DNA from: Eledone cirrhosa
Taxonomy: Eukaryota
NCBI GenBank assembly: GCA_964016885.1
Contig: OZ024746.1
Coordinates: 44,888,001 to 44,952,000, forward strand
Direction: 5' to 3'
DNA length: 64,000 nucleotides
Position 1 is the stretch's first letter, and every line of letters begins with the position of its first letter. Shown here in pieces: positions 48,210-60,929 of the stretch. Under the pieces are notes generated by a model. It was given only the letters and a program-made list of their open reading frames with translations, did no database searches and was not told the origin of the DNA. The position numbers and the translations under genes were made by a program.

Positions 48210-49793
48210 CAATATAAACAGTTTTATAGATAAATATATTCGACATACCGTAATAAACATCGACTTCCTTTGAAGAGGTTTACGCTAGCAGTGAAAATAC
48301 AGAGAGACAGAAAGAGAGAAAAAAAAGGGAGAAAAAAGGGAGAAATAAGAAAGAAAGAAAGACAAAACGAAGAAAAGGAAGAAAAAGAAGAAAAAGAAAA
48401 AGAAGGAATGCATGGAACAAAATAGAGAGATGGAAAAATAGATAAAGCGAAGAGCTTCATGTAAAGAAACAGAAAGATATATATAGAGAGAGAGAGGAAA
48501 TAGAGATAGATACATATATATATATATAGAAAATTAGGTAGTGGGAGGTCATTTTGAGTAAGTGTATCAATGATACATTTATTAATTTATTTATTTATTT
48601 ATTTATTTATTTAGCTCAGGTATTAATGTAAAGGAGATATATAGAGAGATATAGAGAGATATAGAGAGAAAAAAAATTTAAAAATAGCCAGACATATTCG
48701 AGGCGTAGAAAACCCTATGTTTTAATGTATTAGTATTTATAAAACTTACACTATATTGTAAATATCAGTATTCCTGAATGAAACAAGTATCCACAATGTG
48801 TGAAAATTCATTATCTTATGTTTAGTTTTAAAAAATTCATATGTTTATGTGACAGCTACAAACATCAATGTGAATCCAACTGATTCACTCTGTAAACTCC
48901 AAGTTACCGGAAAACATTCTCAATGTGGTATAAAAATTTGAGCGTATTATTATTCTTGCGATTACTCTACAAGATTATCTATCAAGCAGAAATAGAGAGC
49001 AGATTTCAATATACCAATCAAAAATATATATTATATTATAAACAAAACTAAAAATAAAAAGATAACAATAATGATAATAATAAGTAAAAATATAAAATAG
49101 AAAACTAAAAAAATATATTAGGAAAGAATATTACATAATAAAAATATTGCATATTAAAAATACTACATATTAAAAAATATTACGTATTAAAAATTTACAT
49201 ATTAAAGATATTAAAAATATTAAAAATAAAAAATAAAATAAAAATAAAAATAAAAAATATTATAGAATACTACAATACTAAAAGAATAAAAATAAAAATA
49301 AAAATAAAAATAAAAATAAAAATAAAAATAAAAATAAAAATAAAAATAAAAATAAAAATAAAAATAAAAATAAAAATAAAAATAAAAATAAAAATAAAAA
49401 TAAAAATAAAAATAAAAATAAAAATAAACCACAAAGAACAACCCTTCAAAGTTAATTGACAATATATTGCCAAGTTCATTACAAGACAAAGCCAAAAATT
49501 ATCTATCAAATCACATCAAGCAAAGAACATCTCAAAAGGATTATGATGTCCAATTATGTCTACATATGTTCCTATATTTAATATAGAAGTTTATCTAGTG
49601 TAAGGTTAATTCAAAAAATTTGGAGCATCGGCTTTTAGGGTAGCTTAATTTTTCATGAGGAATGTTTAGATAAAAATAAAAATAAAAAAATAAAATAAAC
49701 AATAAAAAAAGAGTAAAAAGAGGGAATCAAAGATTTAGGAATCAAAAAATTTATCGGCTAGTTCTCATATAAATATAAATCAAACTAAATATA

Positions 49794-51337
49794 CTACATT
49801 TTAAATTTAAATTTATATTTAAACGTTGAGTTTAATCTATGTTTGCAACAACTGAATAAATTTGTCCGTAGGTTAAGGGAATTTTTAGATTTTAGTATAA
49901 AGAATATCTCCTATGCGCAGAGGTCACATGTCTCAGAGGATGAATTAAAAGGAATCCCTCTTGAGACTATATTCCAAGCCGTCGAATATCTAACGTTATC
50001 TAGCTTAAGTTGCCAGAGTACGCCTGATAGTGCCGTTGAAGATTTTTTATTTGGATCTGTGAAAGAATTCTTGTGGTTATTATAGCGAAGTTTAAATTCC
50101 GTCGATGTGGAACCGACGTAGTTAAAAGAATTAGAGTCAGTATTAACATTACAATTGTATACTATATTTTTAACTAAGCAGTTGTTATTTAACGGACATT
50201 TAGATCTATCTCTACAGTTACATTTGTTAACTTGTATATTATTTATGCTATTATCAGTAGGTTTTAAGTTCCTATTATTTATTCTATTAATATTTTGTGC
50301 TAAATTTTTGGTGGATGAGTAGGTTAATTTAATTGTATGCCTATTTAAGATTGAGTGATACCTATGTGTTCTAGGGAAGCGAATATCAAGAGCTTTGAAA
50401 AATAATTTAGCGATGTGGGTTTTAATGTTTAGTGAGAAAGGGGGGGCAAACCAAATTATGTTCCTAGTTCTATTTCTTTTTTGTCCTTTGGAATTATTGT
50501 AATGCTTTCTATTATAGTTGTTAATGCTGTTGCCGTAATTAAAAAAGTTGTTACTTTGTTTAGTTTGTCTATCATTATCTATGTACACAATCTTATCAGC
50601 ATACCCTGCCCTAGCTAGTGCATCATTATAGTACTGGGCCTTTTCGTCAAAAATCTTTCTATTCGACGAGATCCTAGAGATACGTTTTTGGACTGAGTTT
50701 ACTATAGTGTTTTTGACAGATCTGGGGTGGTTAGAGTTAAAGTTGACATAGTTTAAGTTTTCATTCAACTTGTGAAAAGGATAGTGGAGACATGTGTTGA
50801 GATTTAATGTTATATCTAGGAAATTGACTATTCTATGGTTGTTCTCAATTTCTATTTTAAGGTTAAAGTAATTTAAAAATTTTGTAATTTGTTTACATTT
50901 TCTATTTAGTTCAGGGTTATTATTATTAATAAGTAAAAGCATGTCATCCCTATATAAACCTCCGGTAGTACCAGGTATTTTCCTATGTAGCGAATTGATT
51001 AAAAATAAGCCCACAAGGTCAGTTACCTGAGCTGAGTCGGAAGATCCCATAGTTATGTCAAAATTGCTATCTATATCTGCTCTGGTCCATAATTTGTCAT
51101 TAAATTCTATCAAAGTTTTCCTAGCCGATAATATAATATGCATTTCTTTGCTAGTTAGGTCCGTATGTTTGAATGCGTAATTTAGTGCCTTATTTAGTAG
51201 ACTAGGGGTAATAGAAGAATAATAGTTAGCTATATCAAGTTGAATAAACCTATTATTATTGTTATATTTAATTTGCCTAAACCACTCAACAACCTCTCCA
51301 GTTCCCTTCCACAAGCTCAGGTTAGATACACAATCCA
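49794..51337 (-). pseudogene. PLE RT + GIY-YIG (Naiad-like), 5'-truncated, internal TAG at 49911-49913
   Basis: FIQLDIANYYSSI, FDITMGS, GLYRDD, VNFLDITL, SNHP, CNC..CPL...C, NIVY..YVGST..FKLRYNNHK, CDLC. The frame continues past the TAG to LNLRTNLFSCCKH. Confidence 0.88.
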
Positions 51338-51341
51338 GGGG

Positions 51342-52912
51342 GTGATACAGCAAATTAAGAACTTGGATTGTGTATCTAACCTGAGCTTGTGGAAGGGAAC
51401 TGGAGAGGTTGTTGAGTGGTTTAGGCAAATTAAATATAACAATAATAATAGGTTTATTCAACTTGATATAGCTAACTATTATTCTTCTATTACCCCTAGT
51501 CTACTAAATAAGGCACTAAATTACGCATTCAAACATACGGACCTAACTAGCAAAGAAATGCATATTATATTATCGGCTAGGAAAACTTTGATAGAATTTA
51601 ATGACAAATTATGGACCAGAGCAGATATAGATAGCAATTTTGACATAACTATGGGATCTTCCGACTCAGCTCAGGTAACTGACCTTGTGGGCTTATTTTT
51701 AATCAATTCGCTACATAGGAAAATACCTGGTACTACCGGAGGTTTATATAGGGATGACATGCTTTTACTTATTAATAATAATAACCCTGAACTAAATAGA
51801 AAATGTAAACAAATTACAAAATTTTAAAATTACTTTAACCTTAAAATAGAAATTGAGAACAACCATAGAATAGTCAATTTCCTAGATATAACATTAAATC
51901 TCAACACATGTCTCCACTATCCTTTTCACAAGTTGAATGAAAACTTAAACTATGTCAACTTTAACTCTAACCACCCCAGATCTGTCAAAAACACTATAGT
52001 AAACTCAGTCCAAAAACGTATCTCTAGGATCTCGTCGAATAGAAAGATTTTTGACGAAAAGGCCCAGTACTATAATGATGCACTAGCTAGGGCAGGGTAT
52101 GCTGATAAGATTGTGTACATAGATAATGATAGACAAACTAAACAAAGTAACAACTTTTTAATTACGGCAACAGCATTAACAACTATAATAGAAAGCATTA
52201 CAATAATTCCAAAGGACAAAAAAGAAATAGAACTAGGAACATAATTTGGTTTGCCCCCCCCCCCCCTTTCTCACTAAACATTAAAACCCACATCGCTAAA
52301 TTATTTTTCAAAGCTCTTGATATTCGCTTCCCTAGAACACATAGGTATCACTCAATCTTCAATAGGCATACAATTAAATTAACCTACTCATCCACCAAAA
52401 ATTTAGCACAAAATATTAATAGAATAAATAATAGGAACTTAAAACCTACTGATAATAGCATAAATAATATACAAGTTAACAAATGTAACTGTAGAGATAG
52501 ATCTAAATGTCCGTTAAATAACAACTGCTTAGTTAAAAATATAGTATACAATTGTAATGTTAATACTGACTCTAATTCTTTTAACTACGTCGGTTCCACA
52601 TCGACGGAATTTAAACTTCGCTATAATAACCACAAGAATTCTTTCACAGATCCAAATAAAAAATCTTCAACGGCACTATCAGGCGTACTCTGGCAACTTA
52701 AGCTAGATAACGTTAGATATTCGACGGCTTGGAATATAGTCTCAAGAGGGATTCCTTTTAATTCATCCTCTGAGACATGTGACCTCTGCGCATAGGAGAT
52801 ATTCTTTATACTAAATTCTAAAAATTCCCTTAACCTACGGACAAATTTATTCAGTTGTTGCAAACATAGATTAAACTCAACGTTTAAATATAAATTTAAA
52901 TTTAAAATGTAG
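51342..52912 (+). pseudogene. Inverted duplicate of the Naiad-like ORF, with homopolymer frameshifts (~51825, ~52157, ~52260) and the same TAG (52793-52795)
   Basis: Reverse complement of 49794-51337. Confidence 0.88.
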
Positions 52913-53277
52913 TATATTTAGTTTGATTATATTTATATGAGAACTAGCCGATAAATTTTTTGATTCCTAAATCTTTAATCCCTCTTTTTACTCTTTTTTT
53001 ATTGTTTATTTTATTTTTTTATTTTTATTTTTATCTAAACATTCCTCATGAAAAATTAAGCTACCCTAAAAGCCGATGCTCCAAATTTTTTGAATTAACC
53101 TTACACTAGATAAACTTCTATATTAAATATAGGAACATATGTAGACATAATTGGACATCATAATCCTTTTGAGATGTTCTTTGCTAGATGTGATTTGATA
53201 GATAATTTTTGGCTTTGTCTTGTAATGAACTTGGCAATATATTGTCAATTAACTTTGAAGGTTTGTTCTTTGTGGTT

Positions 53278-53449
53278 TATTTTTATTTTTATTTTTATTT
53301 TTATTTTTATTTTTATTTTTATTTTTATTTTTATTTTTATTTTTATTTTTATTTTTATTTTTATTTTTATTTTTATTTTTATTTTTATTTTTATTTTTAT
53401 TTTTATTTTTATTTTTATTTTTATTTTTATTTTTATTTTTATTTTTATT
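53278..53449. repeat. (TTTTTA)n in the Naiad-like 3' region (mirror (TAAAAA)n at ~49285-49428)
   Basis: Directly visible. Lengths differ between the arms. Confidence 0.95.
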
Positions 53450-54515
53450 CTTTTAGTATTGTAGTATACTATAATATTTTTTATTTTTATTTTTATTTTA
53501 TTTTTTATTTTTAATATTTTTAATATCTTTAATATGTAAATTTTTAATACGTAATATTTTTTAATACGTAGTATTTTTAATATGCAATATTTTTATTATG
53601 TAATATTCTTTCCTAATATATTTTTTTAGTTTTCTATTCTATATTTTTACTTATTATTATCATTATTGTTATCTTTTTATTTTTAGTTTTGTTTATAATA
53701 TAATATATATTTTTGATTGGTATATTGAAATCTGCTCTCTATTTCTGCTTGATAGATAATCTTGTAGAGTAATCGCAAGAATAATAATACGCTCAAATTT
53801 TTATACCACATTGAGAATGTTTTCCGGTAACTTAGAGTTTACAGAGTGAATCAGTTGGATTCACATTGATGTTTGTAGCTGTCACATAAACATATGAATT
53901 TTTTAAAACTAAACATAAGATAATGAATTTTCACACATTGTGGATACTTGTTTCATTCAGGAATACTGATATTTACAATATAGTGTAAGTTTTATAAATA
54001 CTAATACATTAAAACATAGGGTTTTCTACGCCTCGAATATGTCTGGCTATTTTTAAATTTTTTTTCTCTCTATATCTATCTATATCTCTCTATATATCTC
54101 CTTTACATTAATACCTGAGCTAAATAAATAAATAAATAAATAAATAAATTAATAAATGTATCATTGATACACTTACTCAAAATGACCTCCCACTACCTAA
54201 TTTTCTATATATATATATGTATCTATCTCTATTTCCTCTCTCTATATATATATATATCTCTTTCTGTTTCTTTACATGAAGCTCTTCGCTTTATCTATTT
54301 TTCCATCTCTCTATTTTGTTCCATGCATTCCTTCTTTTTCTTCCTTTTCTTCGTTTTGTCTTTCTTTCTTTCTTTCTTTTTTCTCCCTTTTTTCTCCCTT
54401 TTTTTTCTCTCTTCCTTTCTCTCTGTATTTTCACTGCTAGCGTAAACCTCTTCAAATGAAGTCGATGTTTATTACGGTATGTCGAATATATTTATCTATA
54501 AAACTGTTTATATTG

Positions 54516-54581
54516 TATTTTGTCTGATGAAGGCATAGCATATTGTTAATATGATATCCCCGAAATATATATAATGAAATA
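54516..54581 (+). ncRNA. Type I hammerhead ribozyme in pLTR (right arm)
   Basis: TATTTTGT-CTGATGA-A-[GGCATAGCATATT gtt AATATGATATCCC]-C-GAAA-TATATA-TA-ATGAAATA. Stem I pairs with two G-U wobbles, stem II has two mismatches, and stem III is palindromic. Confidence 0.75.
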
Positions 54582-54698
54582 AATATGGTTTTATAAATAT
54601 AGTTTTCCATTTATTTAATATTGTATATATATATATATATATTTATTAAAATAACAGATTAAAGTTTAAGCAAAGAATCGCTGCTTTCACCCTTAAAT

Positions 54699-54730
<32 letters not shown>

Positions 54731-55060
54731 TATTTTAATAAATATATATATATATATATATATACTCATCTTTATATATATATATATATGTGTTATTTTA
54801 ATAAATAGTTGCTCTATGGTTCTTATATATTTGATATATATTTATCCTAATCGAACCCTCTATGGATTTTAGTCTTCGCATTTATTTTATTATTACTATT
54901 ATATATATACTCAATTAATATTTTTTCGGGAATTCTCAACAATATATGAATTTGCACTGCTCTAGCATTAATTTGTAGACAATCCTTATGAAATCTTGCA
55001 TTACAATGCATTGAAATGAAGTATTTTGAGAAATATATATAAATGTATATATGTATGTAT

Positions 55061-55500
55061 GTTTGTGCGAGACTCTGCCTAAGTAAAGCTGGACTCGAAA
55101 GTCATCTTCGCAGTCATAAAGTAAGACCAGTGGTTGACTACCAGGCTGCTGTTGGAGATGCTACTCATCATGCTTGCCAAGTATGTGGTAGAGAATGTAA
55201 ATCAGCAGGAGGGCTCAAGCGACATGCAAAAGTACATGAACTCCAACCACAGCCGGCTATTCTGAGTGAATGTTTTGGTTGCCGACTCTGTGCAAGACAT
55301 TTTAGATCATTGGCTGGTCTAAAATGCCACATTCGATCGCAGCGCTGTTAGTTGCTATCGTGTGTGTGTGTATGTATCGATATGTTTATGTGTGTGCGTG
55401 TGTGTGTATATATATATGTATATGTATATTATTATTGTTGTTATTATTATTATTATTATTGTTATTAATGTATATGTGTGTGTGTATATATATGTATGTG

Positions 55501-55531
<31 letters not shown>

Positions 55532-55575
55532 CTCGTGCAATGGCCATACTCGATAACGAGGGGCAGCCATCATGT
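55061..55575 (+). mobile_element. RTE-clade LINE 3' fragment encoding three C2H2-like fingers
   Basis: CARLCLSKAGLESHLRSH, CQVCGRECKSAGGLKRHAKVH and CRLCARHFRSLAGLKCHIRSQ resemble the RTE terminal C..C.R.C.S..GL.SH.R motif. The end ATGGCCATACTCGATAACGAGGGGCAGCC is RTE-like, followed by (ATGT)n. No TGEKP linkers. Confidence 0.65.
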
Positions 55576-55584
55576 ATGTATGTA

Positions 55585-55622
<38 letters not shown>

Positions 55623-56082
55623 CAGGGAGAGGGGGGAAAAGAGAGAGGTTGATATTATGAAGAATGTGATACAAAAAGAAATATAAAATAAATTGCTATG
55701 TGGCTCCAGAGGAAAAGATTTAATACATAGAACAAGCTAATATTATTGAACAGACTATTACAAATAAAATCACTATTTTACTATTTATCCGATTTCTATC
55801 GATCGCTATAAATAACTTGTCTGAAACAATGGCCAATTGTGACAATATCGTTGCAATTAGGAGACTTGATATGCAAATCAGAAAATAACCATTATTAACC
55901 AATGTTGTTTGGGCTTCTGAATTATTTATTAGTTGATAGATTCATCAATTTATCTCGTCATTAGTTATTTTTAATAAAGTAAATTATATATGACAATTTC
56001 AGATTCTGATTGTATTCATGTAAAAATTCCTATTTTGATTTTCTTTTCAAATATCACATTGGAAGTTATTATCTGTTGTTCT

Positions 56083-56272
56083 GAAGGGTGGTGGATTTGC
56101 AGTATCGGTAGAGAGTCGGACGCCATGCTTTGAAGCATAGAGTTACGTACCTTTACGGCCTGAGTTCAAATCCCGCCGTGGTTTACTTTGCCTTTCATCC
56201 TTACGGGGTCGATAAAATAAAGTACCAGTAATGCACTGGGTAATTGCTGGCCTTGTGCCTAAAGTAGAAACA
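56083..56272 (+). mobile_element. tRNA-derived SINE, full length, with 15-bp target-site duplication
   Basis: B-box GAGTTCAAATCC. TSD ATTATCTGTTGTTCT at 56068-56082 and 56273-56287. Confidence 0.92.
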
Positions 56273-59200
56273 ATTATCTGTTGTTCTAAAATTGGAACAG
56301 TAGATCAATTAGATTAGAGAAATGAACTGATACTGTTCTGTTCTATTTCGTGTCTTTATCTCTCCATATTTTTGTAATAGTCTCAGAAGCAATGAAACCA
56401 AAAATTCATTCGCTATTTCAATTGTGTAATGTTGCACCAATAAAAGAGCGTCACTGATTATAAGTAGGAGTGTTTGATAAAAGCTTCAATGTTAATTATG
56501 GAAAATGTAGTTTACCTTGTTTCCTGCTTCTAGCAAAGGAATTAGATTGTGCACATTACGAATTATCATTAGACGATTAGAATACCAAGAGAATTTACAG
56601 AGTATTCAACAGAATTGTAAAATAAAACGATTAAAAAATGTTCGTAGAAATTAATAGTATTCGTATTTATGATATGACGGATAATGTGAGCTCCGGAAGA
56701 ACAGCATGATGAAGAATTTGGTTAAACTATAAAAAGATAGTTTCAGTTTCATTTATCAAGTGTTTCAAATTCAAAACTTTAACTCGTGCTCAATTAGATA
56801 CAGAAAAGATGTAATGTTTTATACTAGAAATTCTATACATCAATCGGAAGTAATATATCGAAAATGCAGGTTTATATTTATGCTATACAAGCATGCCCGT
56901 TTCTTATGAATTGCCATTCTTTTAAATAATTCTAAGGAAATAATTCATGTAATTATTTGAGAAATTATAAGTTTATCACCAAATCAGCAGAAGTGAGCAG
57001 AGACAATAACATAAACATGTTTAATATGGAATAGCTTAGTAAAACAATTTTGAACAGATCAATCAAATGTTTCTGTTACCATTTACAATATAAGCAAAAC
57101 GTTCCGAATGTACTCTGCTATATCTTTGAAAACAAATAATAGTATAAGTAAATGAGACCGCCTAATACTTAATAGGATTTATGACTTGCTATGAAGATGT
57201 AAAAATGTGACGAAACTACTTCTGATAATATGTACGTGTGCTGCTGACACCTCGGTATCAGTAAATGAAATTATTTTGTTTCCCACAAACCCCCCAGATT
57301 TGTATATTTCAAGATAACTTTGTAGATATGTTGAAAAAGCGACTCATAATAAAATCGAGATTAAATGTCTATCGTTCGTTCTGTCACAAATAAAATGTGG
57401 TATGTAGTCACATAAGGCTTCTAGGGACATTACGGTACGTGAACAAAACATAGAATGTATTTTATATACATAGTTTGTCATTGCTTTCTCTGGATTTCTA
57501 ATACATAACTTCTGTCTCAAATCTCAATCATTGCTATAGAAAATATGCTTTTCCAGGATGCAATGTAGTGATATCGAACCAGGTTTTTGGAAGCAAACTT
57601 CCTAATACAGACGACAATGCGAACCTAGTTATCATTTCAAAAAACTTACTCTAATTTCAACAATCTGTAATATGATAATGGAACTATTAAATAATACATC
57701 ACACCGTACACATAAAAGTTATGTATACATGTGAAATGTACTATTATTTAGAATGGTCGTTTTAAAGCAAGAGAAGTCAAATGCACTAAGTATTTCTTCA
57801 TCAATCGGAACTCAACCGTTCGGTGAAACGGATCAATTCTTCCATTTCTTCCATCGTTATAATCCGGTGAAGGAAAATATAAACATATTTATATCTTACG
57901 CAACAAAGTTGGGCAGAACTAATATAGTGAAGGATTTAAATTCCGCTGAGGTGTCTGTTGTTACTGATATATATCATATAAATATATAACACATATTATA
58001 GATATTTTGTCTAAATGAAATGCACTTTATTTGGTAAAAAGATATAAAATACTAGAATATCAGTTTCTAGTAAAGGAATAAATGCGAATAGACTTTTTCA
58101 TATGTATATATATCTTAAAGCCAAATAGAATAGTGTAAATTCATTCTTTCGTCTCATGTGCATCAACCTACAGTGGAAACTGCATATGTATGCAGAAGGA
58201 TAACCCAAAAGAATGCAACCAATGTCATATAGCACAACATGGTAAACGTAATGACCCAGAACTTTCTGTTCATGTGTGTAATATGTTATTATCCTGTATT
58301 TAATTGGGAATATAAATATTTCCTGTAAGGTTAAGCTATATTGCATGACTATAAACACAAACATAATAGTAGACATCAAAATTAGTCCAAACAAGAGATA
58401 TTACGGTGAAAGAACCATGCAGCGAAAGAAGTAGCTTGATTCTTCATATCGATCGATATGAAATAATTGATCTTCTCTCTACAACGTTTGGTGGTATATA
58501 CAAGCTCGCTTATAATGCACCACAAGAAAGCCGACTAAACATCATTAAATGTTCGAAGCACCCCCTCCAAAGAATAATAAATATAACAAAGAAAACAAAT
58601 GGCAGAGATTTATGAATCTCAGAGTATAATAGAGCACTTTATCCAAAACCAATTCTTCAAAGTTTCTCCATAACATTTTGTCATGTCTGATTTTATATAT
58701 GTCTCTCTGATTGATGGTATTATAAGTGCGTGATTATCAGGCTGACTTTTCAACAATATTCTATGTTGCATAACAAAAAAAGGTCTTATATTTTCACATG
58801 TAATGTCACAGGAAGAACTTGCCTGTTGATATATAAACAGTAAAATAATAAGGAACGTCGCGTGATTTCTGATTTCAGTAAAGGAAAGAAATATTTATGT
58901 AGTTTATGCACACGTTGGCAACAGTTACTTGAGATATATTTATTAAATTATGCGCAGCAATGTTCAGAATAGAATACATTAGAACAATCATAACAAAATG
59001 TTTTTATTGAACTCTTATAAAAACATAAATATATTAAGCCTACAAGGGATGACTCTATTTGGAGAAGTAAATATGGTTTTGTTTGATTAAATCAGAGATC
59101 TAATTTTAGATATGAAATGATAAGATTTAACAGATATATTGACAGTGTAACTAAAGCGAAATAATTTCAAGTAAGTAAGAAATCAATACAAAAGAGTGAA

Positions 59201-60173
59201 GGAATGGTACATAATTAAAGATTGAGCAGAATAAGAAATATTAAAATAATTATATGCAATGATTGCATATACAACATATGTGTGGACGTACGAAATTGAA
59301 CTACTGATGTTTTAGAACGATATTAGTCATCTACAGAACGATCTTTACGATTCATAACTTAAATGTACATGCTTGTTTATATAGTTTTAATTAAGATACA
59401 ACGAAGTAATCACGGCATATGTTGTTAAGAGATTTGGGGAAAACTTTTTAAGATTAACAGAAAATATGTTACACTGATACCTACAGGAAAGGAACTAATG
59501 CTGAAAATGTTTTGACATTCAATCCCCTAGAGTAAACTATTAAATTGTTGCAATTCAATGAAGTTTTTAAACGTATATCACGTGGGGCTTCAAACATTCA
59601 ATCGGCCACCAGAGGAAAAGTAACTTGTATATTTGAGGTAAAGAACACTGATTCGCTGAATCGCTATAAAGCGATGCAATATACAAACTTACTAGAACAA
59701 TGAAATACGCCGCATGTTCTAATGGTTGATAAGTCTAACACGGTAGCCCAATAGTGTATTTAATAAAATGAACATATGTTTCGGAATGGTTATACCACGA
59801 TATGTTGGTGCGTATATTCCAAATGCAACGTATGTAGATAGCACACAGAAGGTTTGAGACCATCTAAAACATTTCTAGAAATTGACTTATCAGCTGATAC
59901 ATAGCAATTCGATGTATTCAATACTCCAGCTTCTATTTAGTAATTCACGAACAGGCAACGTTGTAGAACAACGAATGAAAATGAAGGTTAGCTACAGTTC
60001 AGTACTTCTTCTGTTGTCTAAACTCACAAGCATAACATATTCAGACAGTATGCACTACCTAAAATCTCCCGAAGTATTCTCCAACCTCTTGTAAAAGACG
60101 AAGATGTTATTACCATTGCAAATCTTACAGGAGTACATATCACACACGCGAGACCGATATATATATATATATA

Positions 60174-60359
60174 TAGGAAAATGTTTAACCCCGACGGCAG
60201 AGCTCGAGCCGTTTCGACGGCTATTTCTGTCCAGAAATAGCCATCGAAACGGCTTCAGTTCTGCCGTCGGGGTTAAACATTTTCCTATTACCCACTCTAC
60301 TACTCTAAGTATAGAGTACTCTGGTGCGTTATGATCCATCTGGTTCCTTACCACACCTC

Positions 60360-60362
<3 letters not shown>
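60174..60362. mobile_element. Second copy of the terminal-hairpin element, in (TA)n
   Basis: Near-perfect fold-back at 60174-60287 plus the same tail as 40870-40946. Confidence 0.78.
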
Positions 60363-60402
<40 letters not shown>

Positions 60403-60413
60403 ATATATATGTA

Positions 60414-60450
<37 letters not shown>

Positions 60451-60452
<2 letters not shown>

Positions 60453-60628
60453 CTGTTTCTACTTTAGGCACATGGCCAGCAATTACCCAGTACATTACTG
60501 GTACTTTATTTTATCGACCCCGTAAGGATGAAAGGCAAAGTTAACCTCGGCGAGATTTGAACTCAGACTGTAAAGGGACGTAACTATGCTAGAAAGCATG
60601 GCGTCCAACCCTCTACCGATACTGCCAA
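60451..60628 (-). mobile_element. tRNA-derived SINE
   Basis: Matches 406-598. Confidence 0.85.
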
Positions 60629-60697
60629 TTAACGGCGATGAATTAGTTTTGTGAGGTTTTTTATATGAAATCGCGCGTCGAAACAAATATTGTTATA

Positions 60698-60771
60698 CTT
60701 GGGGAGGGTCACAGTGAGTGTGTTCTGTTATTAATTATGGCAATATTATTACACAAATATGACCCTCCTCA

Positions 60772-60773
<2 letters not shown>
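60698..60773. mobile_element. 76-bp MITE-like element
   Basis: 14-bp TIRs CTTGGGGAGGGTCA / TGACCCTCCTCAAG (1 mismatch), with TA on both sides. Confidence 0.55.
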
Positions 60774-60810
<37 letters not shown>

Positions 60811-60929
60811 GTATATGTTCTTCTGATTTAATAATTTCACAAATGTTTTACCAATAGAGAGAGAGAGTCGGTTTCTAGCATAGACACAAGACTCTCTCAT
60901 TGGAATTTACACATCAACTAGGTAGATAT

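Noticed and set aside
49911-51461. The 516-aa ORF starting MNKPIII.. as a full protein
   Set aside because: Its first ~40 residues come from reading through the palindrome centre into the opposite arm. The element is 5'-truncated.
52793-52795. Selenocysteine recoding of the internal stop
   Set aside because: The codon is TAG, not TGA.
56085-56180. tRNA gene
   Set aside because: Only A/B-box-like motifs inside a multi-copy SINE with a TSD, and no cloverleaf.
58098-58615. Hydrophobic short ORFs
   Set aside because: Expected in AT-rich DNA, with no family motif.
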